Under the pieces are notes generated by a model, which had not been told where the DNA came from, searched no databases, and was given only the letters and a program-made list of their open reading frames with translations. This document shows, piece after piece, positions 25,925 to 34,765 of a stretch of DNA of 39,983 bases. How positions within the stretch are numbered: the stretch's first letter is position 1; every line of letters begins with the position of its first letter. Made by a program: the position numbers and the translations under genes. This DNA is from Pyrinomonadaceae bacterium (GTDB lineage: Bacteria; Acidobacteriota; Blastocatellia; Pyrinomonadales; Pyrinomonadaceae), in NCBI GenBank assembly GCA_041487335.1, contig JBGPNE010000001.1, positions 1 to 39,983 of the forward strand, written 5' to 3'.

Positions 25925-27424
25925 CTACGATCTCGCACGGGCCGCCAGGGATCTCGCGGCGACCGATGCTTTATCCCTCCAGATAACTCCGACCGGCCTG
26001 GCACCGTTGTGCGGCGGTTCGATTGCGCGATTGCCTGCGATAACAGAAGTAACTTGCTCGGACGCGTGAATGCGGCGGAGCACGATCGCATATGCCACGG
26101 GGTAGTAGAGAAACCACTGATACTGTATTGACCCGAAAAAACTGCAAACTATGTAGGCAAAAAGCGCCGCTTGCATCGCAATGCTCAGGCAATGACTCTC
26201 GTGTCTGCGGGTTCCGCCGGGATCTTTGACCACAAGACTTGAATCCTGAACATCAGTTTCGCGCTCAATTCTTCGCAAGGACCGCAACGGCGCCAGGATT
26301 AGCAGCAAGTAGGCCACCAGTCCCGCCAGTCCAAGCTCAGCCGCTATTTCCAGATATGAGTTATGAGCAACTTGCTCGTGAATCGAATAGATGTGGAAAT
26401 TGCCAATACCGATACCAACGATTGGATGATGGGCCGCGACGCTGACGGAGCGATCAAGCAGATCGCGACGCGCCTGAGATGAGCCGGTCGGATCTTCTCC
26501 TATGTTGAACATAGATGTTATCCGGCCTGCGTAACCGCTCGGCAACGCGAGCACAAAGACGCCGAACATCACAGCAAATGCCAGGGCAGTGCTGGCGCGA
26601 TTCTGACGCCCCGCCTTCCACAACAGCACGCCGCCCATCGCTAACAGACCCAGAAAGCCGCCGCGCGAGAACGTAACAATCACGCCGGCGGTGAGCACCG
26701 CGGCGCAAGCGAAGTAGAGCATGCGTTTCAATCCGTCGCTTATCAGCGCAAGCGCGACCGCGAGCGGCAACAGCAAATCGAGGCTGGTCGCCAGATCATT
26801 CGGATTTCCGAAGAAGCCTCCGACGGCCCCGGTTATCCTGAGTCCAACGACCCCCACATCCTTCTTCTCGACTATCGTGAAATCGCCTACTAAATAGCTC
26901 TTGATCGCCAGGACGGCGAAAATGCTCCCGCACACCACTACCAGATTCATCATCGAAAGAAGCCGGTCGCGCGTAGTAATCACATTCACCATCAGCACGA
27001 AGATAATTATCACCTTGATGAACATGTCCATCAGGACGTCAACGCTATCCATAGGCGCAGCGGCCAGCGGCGCAAACAACACCCCGAGCACCGCGATGAC
27101 GCTCAACAGCTTTAGTTCGATCGGCAGAATAGTCAGGGGCTCTCCGCTCCCGGGTTTAGACGCCAGATACGCGACTATCGCGACGGCTGCGATTATTCTG
27201 GAAATCGGGAAGGTGCCCAGCACCTCCGGGAACATCTCATTTGGGCGGATATAAAGAAGAAGCGTAAACAGATAGAGGCCAGCGAAAGCAATTCGATGCG
27301 CACCGCGCGATTTGCCGATATTGAGCGATTTCGCGTGCCGTGCCCCAAGTGAACTGCTGTTAGCATCACCGGCGACCTGCTCGTTTGCCAATTGCGGATT
27401 GATAGTCTTGCTTATTTGGCTCAT
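25925..27424 (-). CDS. O-antigen ligase / Wzy-like polymerase family membrane protein
   Basis: 499 aa with ATG at 27424 and about 10-12 hydrophobic helices. Wzy_C-type loop: FSRGGFLGLLAMGGV ... HEQVAHNSYLEIAAELGLAGLVAYLLL. Confidence 0.8.
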   Translation of the reverse strand: MSQISKTINPQLANEQVAGDANSSSLGARHAKSLNIGKSRGAHRIAFAGLYLFTLLLYIRPNEMFPEVLGTFPISRIIAAVAIVAYLASKPGSGEPLTILPIELKLLSVIAVLGVLFAPLAAAPMDSVDVLMDMFIKVIIIFVLMVNVITTRDRLLSMMNLVVVCGSIFAVLAIKSYLVGDFTIVEKKDVGVVGLRITGAVGGFFGNPNDLATSLDLLLPLAVALALISDGLKRMLYFACAAVLTAGVIVTFSRGGFLGLLAMGGVLLWKAGRQNRASTALAFAVMFGVFVLALPSGYAGRITSMFNIGEDPTGSSQARRDLLDRSVSVAAHHPIVGIGIGNFHIYSIHEQVAHNSYLEIAAELGLAGLVAYLLLILAPLRSLRRIERETDVQDSSLVVKDPGGTRRHESHCLSIAMQAALFAYIVCSFFGSIQYQWFLYYPVAYAIVLRRIHASEQVTSVIAGNRAIEPPHNGARPVGVIWRDKASVAARSLAARARS

Positions 27425-27430
27425 AACCGC

Positions 27431-28447
27431 TTAATGAGTTTGCCCTGCCACTGCTCCTCTGCGAGCGTAGACAAGGCGATTCTTGATTTCTTCGAATCCA
27501 CTGGTGCATTGAATGAAGCGCGCGAGATTGTTGTCTGTGTGAACTCGCCGAAGCCGGAACATGTCGCTGGCAATTTCATTAAGACCTGCATCGACAGTCA
27601 CTGCGGATCTGTACCCGGCGGCGCGAACGGCCCGCGAGACCCGCTCGTCGTAATCGCCGTTGGGATAGCAGAATAGATCGACCTTGCGTCCGAGCATCGC
27701 TTCAAGCCGCGAGCGCGAATCACATAACTCCCTGCGCAAACGCTCGTCGGTAACATTGGTGAGTATGGGATGAGTGGTGGTGTGCGAACCGATTTGAAAG
27801 CCGGCGGCGTCCATTTCGCGCGCCTGCTCCCAGGTGATTGGGCCATACTCGTCGGGCGGTCCATCAGGTAATTCGACGCCGAGCGACGACGCAATTCGGA
27901 GGATCACCCCTTCCTTTACGTCATCAGGTAACTGCTTGAGCGCGGAGTTGATTTGCGAGGCCGCCTCGATGCGGGACTTGTGGTCGTCAAGCCCTGTATG
28001 CAGCGAGGGATTGTTTATCGTTATATTGAAGTTCTCAGATCCAGCGTGCGTTGCCAGAAAGCGCATTTTGTCAGTCCAGAGCCATATCCTCCGATCAAGG
28101 AATTCCGTGACAACGAAGAGCGTCGCCGGGGCGTTGTATTCGCGGAGGATGGGAAACGCAATTTCATAAGCATCCCGGTAGCCATCATCAATCGCGATTG
28201 AGGCGGTGCCCGCCGGCAGACGCGCGCCACGCGACAGATACTCGGCCAGCGTAGATAGGGGAACAATCCGGTAATGAGTTGTCAGGTAATGGAGTTGCTC
28301 GGCAAATGCGCGGGCTGAAGTTGTGCCACCATCGCCCGTATGACTAAACCGATGGTAAGTGAGAATAAGCGCCTTGTCCCGATTAGCCATTCTAAACGGG
28401 GCGAATGCGCCGGTAGCGCGCAGCAGATTGAGGACTGTCTGTTTCAT
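27431..28447 (-). CDS. Polysaccharide deacetylase (NodB/CE4) family protein
   Basis: 338 aa. ATG at 28447 overlaps the upstream TAA (TAATG). NodB motifs IAIDDGYRDAYEIAFPILREYNAPATLFVV, GSHTTTHP and FCYPNGDYD. Confidence 0.85.
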   Translation of the reverse strand: MKQTVLNLLRATGAFAPFRMANRDKALILTYHRFSHTGDGGTTSARAFAEQLHYLTTHYRIVPLSTLAEYLSRGARLPAGTASIAIDDGYRDAYEIAFPILREYNAPATLFVVTEFLDRRIWLWTDKMRFLATHAGSENFNITINNPSLHTGLDDHKSRIEAASQINSALKQLPDDVKEGVILRIASSLGVELPDGPPDEYGPITWEQAREMDAAGFQIGSHTTTHPILTNVTDERLRRELCDSRSRLEAMLGRKVDLFCYPNGDYDERVSRAVRAAGYRSAVTVDAGLNEIASDMFRLRRVHTDNNLARFIQCTSGFEEIKNRLVYARRGAVAGQTH

Positions 28448-29307
28448 TAGTCTCCGCTGTTCATTTTCTGGGCGAGCGCGTAACCGGCATCAACACGACG
28501 TCGCGCGCGCAGGCTTCTCCGCAGTTCGTCCTTTTCTTTCTTCGTCGGCAGCCGGTACCGCTTGCCCACGGTTGTTTCCTGCGGGCGCGGCGCAGCGGTG
28601 CCTTCGGCGATCATTCGTACCGCCTCGGCCACGAGGTTGCCGCAAGGCACCCTGAGCTTCTGACGGTAGTCGTCGATGAATGCTTCGTAATCGAGTTGAT
28701 ACGAATAGTCGTATTCAAGCGGAACAGTCCGCTGCACGATGATGTCGCCGGTATCGACTTTTGATGCAACGAAGTGAACCGTCAGCCCTACTTCGCGCTC
28801 GCCATTTCGCAATTCCCAGAAAATCGACGGGCCGCCGCGATAGTAAGGCGCAAGACCCTGGTGCAAGTTGATTGATCCCAGCCTTGGTATTTTGAACACC
28901 GATTCCTTGAGGATGTTTGTTCCGAGCACTATTCCCAGATCAGAATCTGCTCCCTTCATCAGGGCCATTGAATGTTTATTGTGATAGTTGTCAACAAAAT
29001 GCACGGGTATGCCGTTCTCGTCCGCCAACTCTCGTAAATGATCGCGGCTGACTGCAATTGACTTTATGCCGTCATCATAGAGGCCGCCCTTTCCCAGCAT
29101 TTTGCGCCCGACCTTTCTGAAGGTGGCGGCATAGCCGTCATACCGGATTGATCGAGCAATCTTTTCTCGAAGGCTCCGATGGCGCAGGATATCTGTTTCG
29201 ACAAATATGCCTGCAACTTCAGCGCATTCAAGTTTCAGCAGCCTTTTGATCGCGAGTTCGCATCCTCCCTGAGTCAACACGATCACCCGCAGCTTTTGCT
29301 CATTCAT
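28447..29307 (-). CDS. Formyltransferase family protein (Fmt/ArnA-N-like)
   Basis: ORF 28447..29433. Start trimmed to ATG 29307 (MNEQKLRVIVLTQGG), which forms an ATGA overlap with the upstream stop (29304..29307). Catalytic-type motifs SINLHQGLAPYYRGGPSIFWELRNGE (N..H) and KVDTGDIIVQ (Asp). Confidence 0.8.
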   Translation of the reverse strand: MNEQKLRVIVLTQGGCELAIKRLLKLECAEVAGIFVETDILRHRSLREKIARSIRYDGYAATFRKVGRKMLGKGGLYDDGIKSIAVSRDHLRELADENGIPVHFVDNYHNKHSMALMKGADSDLGIVLGTNILKESVFKIPRLGSINLHQGLAPYYRGGPSIFWELRNGEREVGLTVHFVASKVDTGDIIVQRTVPLEYDYSYQLDYEAFIDDYRQKLRVPCGNLVAEAVRMIAEGTAAPRPQETTVGKRYRLPTKKEKDELRRSLRARRRVDAGYALAQKMNSGD

Positions 29308-29783
29308 AAGCCGTAAGCCTCCGCTATTTGCGCGCTCGGTTCTTGTTTCTCCCTCGAGCCACGTCGAACAGCAGTCAGGTAAGACAAGATCGAGTAAACA
29401 GGAGCAAGGCTTCGGCCCATCGCGTAAGCACAAAACGCCATGCTTGCTATCTCGAACACGGAACCGGGAACCTCGACGCCGTTCATCTTGCTCAGCTCTG
29501 GGAAGAATTCCAACGCGTAGGCCTTCATGACCAGATCCTGCAGATCAGTTCGATCGGTGAGGCCGAATATCACCCTGGGTGAGACACTAAGTCCGAGGGC
29601 GAGTCTAAGCGTGCTCTCAAGGCTCAAACTGGTGATGATGGAGTTCTGTATCTTAGACAGCAGTCCTTGATCGAAGCCGGTCAACCTGCAAAAGTCTGAC
29701 TGTTTGAGCTCTAGTTCTTCGAGCCGGCGGCGTACAAAAACTGCAAGCGGCGTTGGCCTGCCCGCATTTCTGTCTTTTCTCAT
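29304..29783 (-). CDS. XRE-family helix-turn-helix transcriptional regulator with an uncharacterised C-terminal domain
   Basis: ORF 29304..29999. Start placed at ATG 29783 (MRKDRNAGRPTP...), preceded by TGGAGGG 4 nt upstream. ATG 29882 is a longer alternative. HTH: FVRRRLEELELKQSDFCRLTGFDQGLLSKIQNSIITSLSLESTLRLALGLSVSP. Confidence 0.7.
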   Translation of the reverse strand: MRKDRNAGRPTPLAVFVRRRLEELELKQSDFCRLTGFDQGLLSKIQNSIITSLSLESTLRLALGLSVSPRVIFGLTDRTDLQDLVMKAYALEFFPELSKMNGVEVPGSVFEIASMAFCAYAMGRSLAPVYSILSYLTAVRRGSREKQEPSAQIAEAYGL

Positions 29784-29883
29784 GGGCCCTCCAGCACTCA
29801 GCGCTGCGTTGAGGTGCGCCGCCCAAGGCGAGAAATGCGATTCGCCCGAGGCTCCGGTTTGACGATTATTTCTGATGAGCATT

Positions 29884-30666
29884 TCAAAAGCCCCGAACAA
29901 ACCCGAGGAAATTCCCGAAGCCCAGCATTGCCGTAATGGTAGATAACTTTTTTCTTGTGTTGCCGTGCACGATGATCGTATCGCCGGCTTCAAGCGCAAG
30001 GTTTTCTTCCGGTTCGGCTTTGCCTTCGAGTATCCGTTTAAGGTTGACCTTCCTTATTAGCGATCGCCCCCCACCAATCTGGCGCAGCACAGTTACATCG
30101 GACTTACTGCCGGTATCGGAGATTCCGCCCGAAGCTGAGATTGCGTCGAGGACGGTCATCGGCCTTGCCATCACCACGACGCCGGGATGGGTGACATCGC
30201 CAAGCACGCCTATCTTCGCGCTGTTGGCGGAAAGGAGGGATAGGCTTACCTTCGGCTCGATTATGTATTGGCTCAACTCAATCGTTAATTTCTCCGTGAG
30301 TTTTGGAACGGTCATACCGGCGACGTCGATGTCGCCAAGCAGCGGGTGATAGATCCGGCCGACTGGCGAGATCGTCAACTGTTCGATGGAGTAGTCCGGC
30401 TGCCCTTTAACCCGCAACGCTAGCTGATCCTCCGGACCAAGCTTGTAGCTGTTATAGAAGTCGCGATAGATCGCTCGGAAGTAATCGTCGCCGGGATCGG
30501 GAGGTAATACGGACCGAGGAGGCGTCGCCGGCCCAAAATGTGAAGCGCCGGCCGGCGACGCTGTTTGCGATTGACCCGCTCTTAGCGAAGAAGGGCCTGC
30601 CACGAACACGAATATGGCAATCATCGCAAGGCTGGCTGTTCTCAATGCAAATGTGTTGGTTCTCAT
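29884..30666 (-). CDS. Polysaccharide export protein (Wza-like; Poly_export + SLBB domains)
   Basis: 260 aa with ATG at 30666, preceded by GGAGGA. Signal peptide MRTNTFALRTASLAMIAIFVFVAGPSSLRA. YKLGPEDQLALRV...ISPVGRIYHPLLGDIDVAGMTVPKLTEKL...PKVSLSL, then IGVLGDVTHPGVV...LDAISASGG...LEAGDTIIV. Confidence 0.85.
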   Translation of the reverse strand: MRTNTFALRTASLAMIAIFVFVAGPSSLRAGQSQTASPAGASHFGPATPPRSVLPPDPGDDYFRAIYRDFYNSYKLGPEDQLALRVKGQPDYSIEQLTISPVGRIYHPLLGDIDVAGMTVPKLTEKLTIELSQYIIEPKVSLSLLSANSAKIGVLGDVTHPGVVVMARPMTVLDAISASGGISDTGSKSDVTVLRQIGGGRSLIRKVNLKRILEGKAEPEENLALEAGDTIIVHGNTRKKLSTITAMLGFGNFLGFVRGF

Positions 30667-30735
30667 GATTCCTCCAGTTGAAAGGATTGAGGTCCGATCG
30701 ATGTTGTCCCCGTTCGGCGCAATTTCATCGCCTTT

Positions 30736-32118
30736 TTAGCGAGCTCCCCTTCCGAAAAGGACTATCCTGACTGTCTCAAACAAAGTAATCACATCGAGCA
30801 ACAGCGACTGATTTTTAATGTAATAGAGGTCGTACTGAAGCTTTTGAATAGCGTCATCGACCGATGCGCAATAGGGATAACGAATCTGTGCCCATCCGGT
30901 TAGACCGGGTTTAACCAAATGTCGCTGAGAGTAATATGGGATCTCGCGCTCGAGTTGGGCTACGAACTCCGGACGCTCTGGCCTTGGACCGACGAAGGCC
31001 ATATCGCCGCGAATGATGTTAATGAACTGAGGCAGTTCATCGATCCGGAGCTTGCGAGTGACGCGCCCAACCCTCGTGATGCGCGGGTCGTCCTCTTCAG
31101 CCCACACAGCTCCTTCGGGCTCCGCGTCGACTCGCATCGAACGAAACTTCATGATTGTGAAGGTTCGACTCCGTTGGCCCACCCGCGTCTGTCGATAAAG
31201 AATAGGCCCGCGCGAATCGAGCTTGATCGCGATAGCCGTGAGCACCATTATCGGCATCGACAGAAGAAGCCCCACTACCGACAGTGAGACGTCCAGAAGC
31301 CTTCGCAGCTGGCTGTAAAACATCACTCTCCGCGAGGGCCCTGAGAAAATCAGCCAGCTGGGCCGTAGCGTTCCGGTGCTGACTTTTCCGGTCAGTCGCT
31401 CGTAAAACGAATCCGATTCTTCGATCGCCAGCCCATCGCGCAGTTTCATCTCAATCAACGAACCGAGAGGCATTCGGCCGCGCCGCTCGTTAATTGCAAG
31501 CACGATGCGATTGATGTGATAACGATTCACTATCTGCTGAAGGTCATCGGTCAGTCCCAGCACTCGCGGATTGATAAGGCTTTGCCCTACTAACTTCGGG
31601 TCATCGCCCACGAATCCGATTATTTTGTATCCTTGCTCGGGGCGATCAAGTGCCTCGCGCGCTACGTCTATTGCATTGCTTTCGGTACCCAGGATGAGTA
31701 CTCGCTCGGCAAGTCTTGGATGGCCTAGAAGCCACATGACGAAGATTCGCCACAAGATCATTGTGCTCAGCATGAACATCAAGCTGATCAGAAACACGCC
31801 TCGCCCAAACAGCATCTCCGGGAAGGCGTAAAAGATAACCGCCAGAACAATCGAGGTGAGTCCGAGTGCCTGAAGTGTGCGTATGTACAGGACTCCGGGC
31901 TTCCGTATCTCTCGAAAATCGTAGAGATCGAACAGATAAAAGGAAGCTTGTGTAACTACAATCATCAACAGGATTTTCAGCACTCCCCTTCCGCCGACAA
32001 GTACGTTCGGCGCGTCCGAGTCGAATCGAATGTAAACCGCCACGATGCCGCAACAGCACGTTAGTATGCTTTCAAGGATCAAGAGCGAAAGCGTTCGTGA
32101 GTGATTCCTCGACAACAT
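30736..32118 (-). CDS. Exopolysaccharide biosynthesis polyprenyl glycosylphosphotransferase (initiating sugar transferase, WbaP/EpsB type)
   Basis: ORF 30736..32124 begins with TTG, so the start is moved to ATG 32118 (MLSRNHSRT...). Four to five N-terminal TM helices, then a Rossmann-like RVLILGTESNAIDVA. C-terminal Bac_transf motifs: FTIMKFRSMRVDAE, DELPQFINIIRGDMAFVGPRPERPEF, KPGLTGWAQI. Confidence 0.9.
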   Translation of the reverse strand: MLSRNHSRTLSLLILESILTCCCGIVAVYIRFDSDAPNVLVGGRGVLKILLMIVVTQASFYLFDLYDFREIRKPGVLYIRTLQALGLTSIVLAVIFYAFPEMLFGRGVFLISLMFMLSTMILWRIFVMWLLGHPRLAERVLILGTESNAIDVAREALDRPEQGYKIIGFVGDDPKLVGQSLINPRVLGLTDDLQQIVNRYHINRIVLAINERRGRMPLGSLIEMKLRDGLAIEESDSFYERLTGKVSTGTLRPSWLIFSGPSRRVMFYSQLRRLLDVSLSVVGLLLSMPIMVLTAIAIKLDSRGPILYRQTRVGQRSRTFTIMKFRSMRVDAEPEGAVWAEEDDPRITRVGRVTRKLRIDELPQFINIIRGDMAFVGPRPERPEFVAQLEREIPYYSQRHLVKPGLTGWAQIRYPYCASVDDAIQKLQYDLYYIKNQSLLLDVITLFETVRIVLFGRGAR

Positions 32119-32215
32119 GGACAAAACCTCTTCGCTTAGTGGCGATTCGAGCCTGGTCGAACAACGCAGACGAACCGCGCCTTGACCACCACGCGAACGA
32201 GAACGGGAAACGCAC

Positions 32216-33001
32216 TTAAGCAGCGCGGTTGAGTACTACTCCCAGGATCTTTTCCTGCGCGAGCGGCGCAACCGCCCTGCCGATCTGTCCCGACGTCGTC
32301 TTGCCCGCGCGGATCACCAGCACCGCCGCGTCTGTGTGGCGGATCAGCAGGCTGGAATCGGCTACCGTCAAAAGCGGGGGGGAGTCGAACAAGATGAAGT
32401 CATAATTAGGTTCGACAAGCTCTAGCATTTCTCCAAAGGAGTGCGACGATAATAGCTCTGCGGGATTCTTAACCTGTTCACGGGTAGGCAACACATCAAA
32501 GCCAAACGGCTGAATGCTAATAACCGCCGAGCCAGCCGGTAGCTCTTTCTTGAGTGCATCTGTCAAACCAATGTCTGCGCTCAATCCGAGGAAACGGAGA
32601 AGCGATGGGCGGTGCAAGTCCGTATCCACAACCAGCACCGCGCGTTGCGCACGCGCGAGCGAGCACGCTAGATTCAATGTGATCGATGTGCGCCCTTCGC
32701 CGTGCTGTGCCGATGCCACAAGCACTCGTTTAATGGGCCTTTCGCCTGCCGTTCTAATGAGCGCGATCGCAAGCCTGTTGTATTCCTCGACCGCAGGAGT
32801 GTTGACATTGTGGAACGCGGTCAACGTCGGAGCGATGCGCGTCATATCGATTGTGACTTCGCGCGACGGCTGGGTGACTATCCTGCGGGCAGCGTGCGCA
32901 GCGGCTACGTCTCGGTTTCGCTCTTCAATCTCAACGGCATCAAGCGCGTTGAGCGAATAGTCTATGAAGTCACCTTTGGGGTGCTCCGTTCTTTTTGCCA
33001 T
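32216..33001 (-). CDS. BY-kinase/CpsD-like P-loop ATPase homolog (Walker A Lys replaced by Arg; no C-terminal Tyr cluster)
   Basis: ORF 32216..33067 begins with TTG, so the start is placed at ATG 33001 (MAKRTEHPKGDF); this is uncertain. EEYNRLAIALI. Walker A VLVASAQHGEGRTSITLNLA, with the CGC codon at 32690..32692 verified by hand. Walker A' VLVVDTDLHRPSL and Walker B YDFILFDSPPLL. Ends ...EKILGVVLNRAA. Confidence 0.75.
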   Translation of the reverse strand: MAKRTEHPKGDFIDYSLNALDAVEIEERNRDVAAAHAARRIVTQPSREVTIDMTRIAPTLTAFHNVNTPAVEEYNRLAIALIRTAGERPIKRVLVASAQHGEGRTSITLNLACSLARAQRAVLVVDTDLHRPSLLRFLGLSADIGLTDALKKELPAGSAVISIQPFGFDVLPTREQVKNPAELLSSHSFGEMLELVEPNYDFILFDSPPLLTVADSSLLIRHTDAAVLVIRAGKTTSGQIGRAVAPLAQEKILGVVLNRAA

Positions 33002-33162
33002 TCGTTGTCGCTCGTGCCGGAGAATCCTCAACGGCAATGGAGGACCATCCTGCCGGGTGACCTTCAATCTCAGCTTTCTTTAGAGCGTCGTATATTTTCC
33101 CCATAACTCCTCTAATCCTTTTCGGCAATCCGTCTCTTTAGAACAGGGCTGCAAGAAACTCC

Positions 33163-34734
33163 TCAGCGCAGCAAGGCGGCAAGATGCGTAAACACCTGCA
33201 GATATGTCATGAGAAAGATGACAACCGACACCAACACCACAATGAGTACCGCGCCGACTGCACGGCCAAGCAGAAGTTGACGTGAGCGGCCTTCGACCGG
33301 AGTTACCGTTTCGGGAATTAAAGCTATGACAGGCACTCCCAGGTAATACTCGACGTCACGATCGTCGGTGATGGCGTAGAGTTTTGGTATCTCGAGCGCA
33401 AACGCGACAAGCAGTGCAACTCCGAGAGCCAGCGCCAGACTAAACATTCTGTACTTGAATCGGTTCGGTCCGATGGGGATTCGCGGTTGGGTAGGAGCAT
33501 CTACGAGCTGAAAGACTCCCGGGTCGAGCCCCGCCGTGGAAATCTGCGCTCTCTCTGACTGGGCCTGCTTTGTCAGAAGCGCGTCGTAGCGTTTGCGCAG
33601 CGTTTCATAATCAGTCTGCATTTCCCCTGCCGCTTCGCCGCCGCTGCCGGCGGCCGCCGCCGGAATTGATGCGGAGATCGCCGTCTCGCCTGTCGAGTTG
33701 GGAGCACCTTGTTTCTTACGGTCGAGTTCACGCTGAGTGATAGCAAGCTCGGTCTGCATTCGAGCAAGTTCGCGCTGCATAGAGCGAAGCTCGCGGGCTT
33801 CCGCCGAACTCACGGGCGCTGAATCCTGATCGCCGCCTGCGCTGAGCTGTGCGATCTGGCGGTTGATTTCGTTAAGCTGATTGCGCGCCTGCATGGTCTT
33901 AGGATTCTTATCGGTGTATTGAGTCCCGTAATCCTTGATCTGCGCTTCAAGCTCTGCTTTTCGCACAAGCAGGACGCCGTAGGAGCTACTCGCCTTAGCA
34001 TCACTCGGAGCAAGCTTGACGATCTTCTGCTGTTCCTGAATCTGCCGATTCTGCTCGGCGATTTGCTGCTCCAGAGCGAATCGTTTATCGGTGAGCGTCT
34101 CGATTGAAGAGGTCGCCGCAATGCGCTGGGCCCGGTCGGTGTTCATCGCTCCCGCAGCGCGCCCGGCGGCTCCCCTTCGCGCGGCGGTTGCGGCCCGTAG
34201 CTTACCCATCTCGCGCAACCGGTTCTCGACATCCGCTATCGCGGAGGCAATATTGTTCGCGTTATCCGCGGCCTGTTTCTCAACAGCCTCGTTCATTTTG
34301 TCAAAAACCGAGATCAGGTCGACGGTCACCTCTTTGGCAATCGCGGGATCCGTATGGCGATAAGCAATGGTGAGGCGCTCCGGAAAGTCAGAGCGATACG
34401 TCGTATCGAGTTTTAGATCCTCGCGCAGTTGTGCTACAGCAGCGTCGATATTCCCGCCGCTGTTGTAGGGATCGTATCGGTTGATGACCGGCTCCAGAAA
34501 CGCCCGGCTTGTGAGCCGTTCCGTAGTTGCCACCACACGGGCGTTAACCGCTTGCCTGTCGGTCAACGCACCGGAAGTAACGACGGTCGCGCGTGACTCG
34601 TAGACACTCGGGAGCCGCTGGATCACAAAAAATGTTGAGATCAACATTCCGGTCGCCAACAAAAAAATGAGCAGCTTCCTGCGCCAAATGATCTGAAGGC
34701 ATTCTGTAAAAGTTCGCGATCTGAAGCTTGTCAT
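33163..34734 (-). CDS. Chain-length determinant / polysaccharide co-polymerase (Wzz/GumC family)
   Basis: 523 aa with ATG at 34734, preceded by GAGGAGG. N-terminal TM region LLIFLLATGMLISTFFVI, Wzz motif LPSVYESRATVV, a long coiled-coil/low-complexity periplasmic region, and C-terminal TMs (MFSLALALGVALLVAFAL; AVGAVLIVVLVSVVIFLM). Confidence 0.85.
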   Translation of the reverse strand: MTSFRSRTFTECLQIIWRRKLLIFLLATGMLISTFFVIQRLPSVYESRATVVTSGALTDRQAVNARVVATTERLTSRAFLEPVINRYDPYNSGGNIDAAVAQLREDLKLDTTYRSDFPERLTIAYRHTDPAIAKEVTVDLISVFDKMNEAVEKQAADNANNIASAIADVENRLREMGKLRAATAARRGAAGRAAGAMNTDRAQRIAATSSIETLTDKRFALEQQIAEQNRQIQEQQKIVKLAPSDAKASSSYGVLLVRKAELEAQIKDYGTQYTDKNPKTMQARNQLNEINRQIAQLSAGGDQDSAPVSSAEARELRSMQRELARMQTELAITQRELDRKKQGAPNSTGETAISASIPAAAAGSGGEAAGEMQTDYETLRKRYDALLTKQAQSERAQISTAGLDPGVFQLVDAPTQPRIPIGPNRFKYRMFSLALALGVALLVAFALEIPKLYAITDDRDVEYYLGVPVIALIPETVTPVEGRSRQLLLGRAVGAVLIVVLVSVVIFLMTYLQVFTHLAALLR

Positions 34735-34765
34735 TGATCATTACCTCCTCGGGAACCGCCGCATT

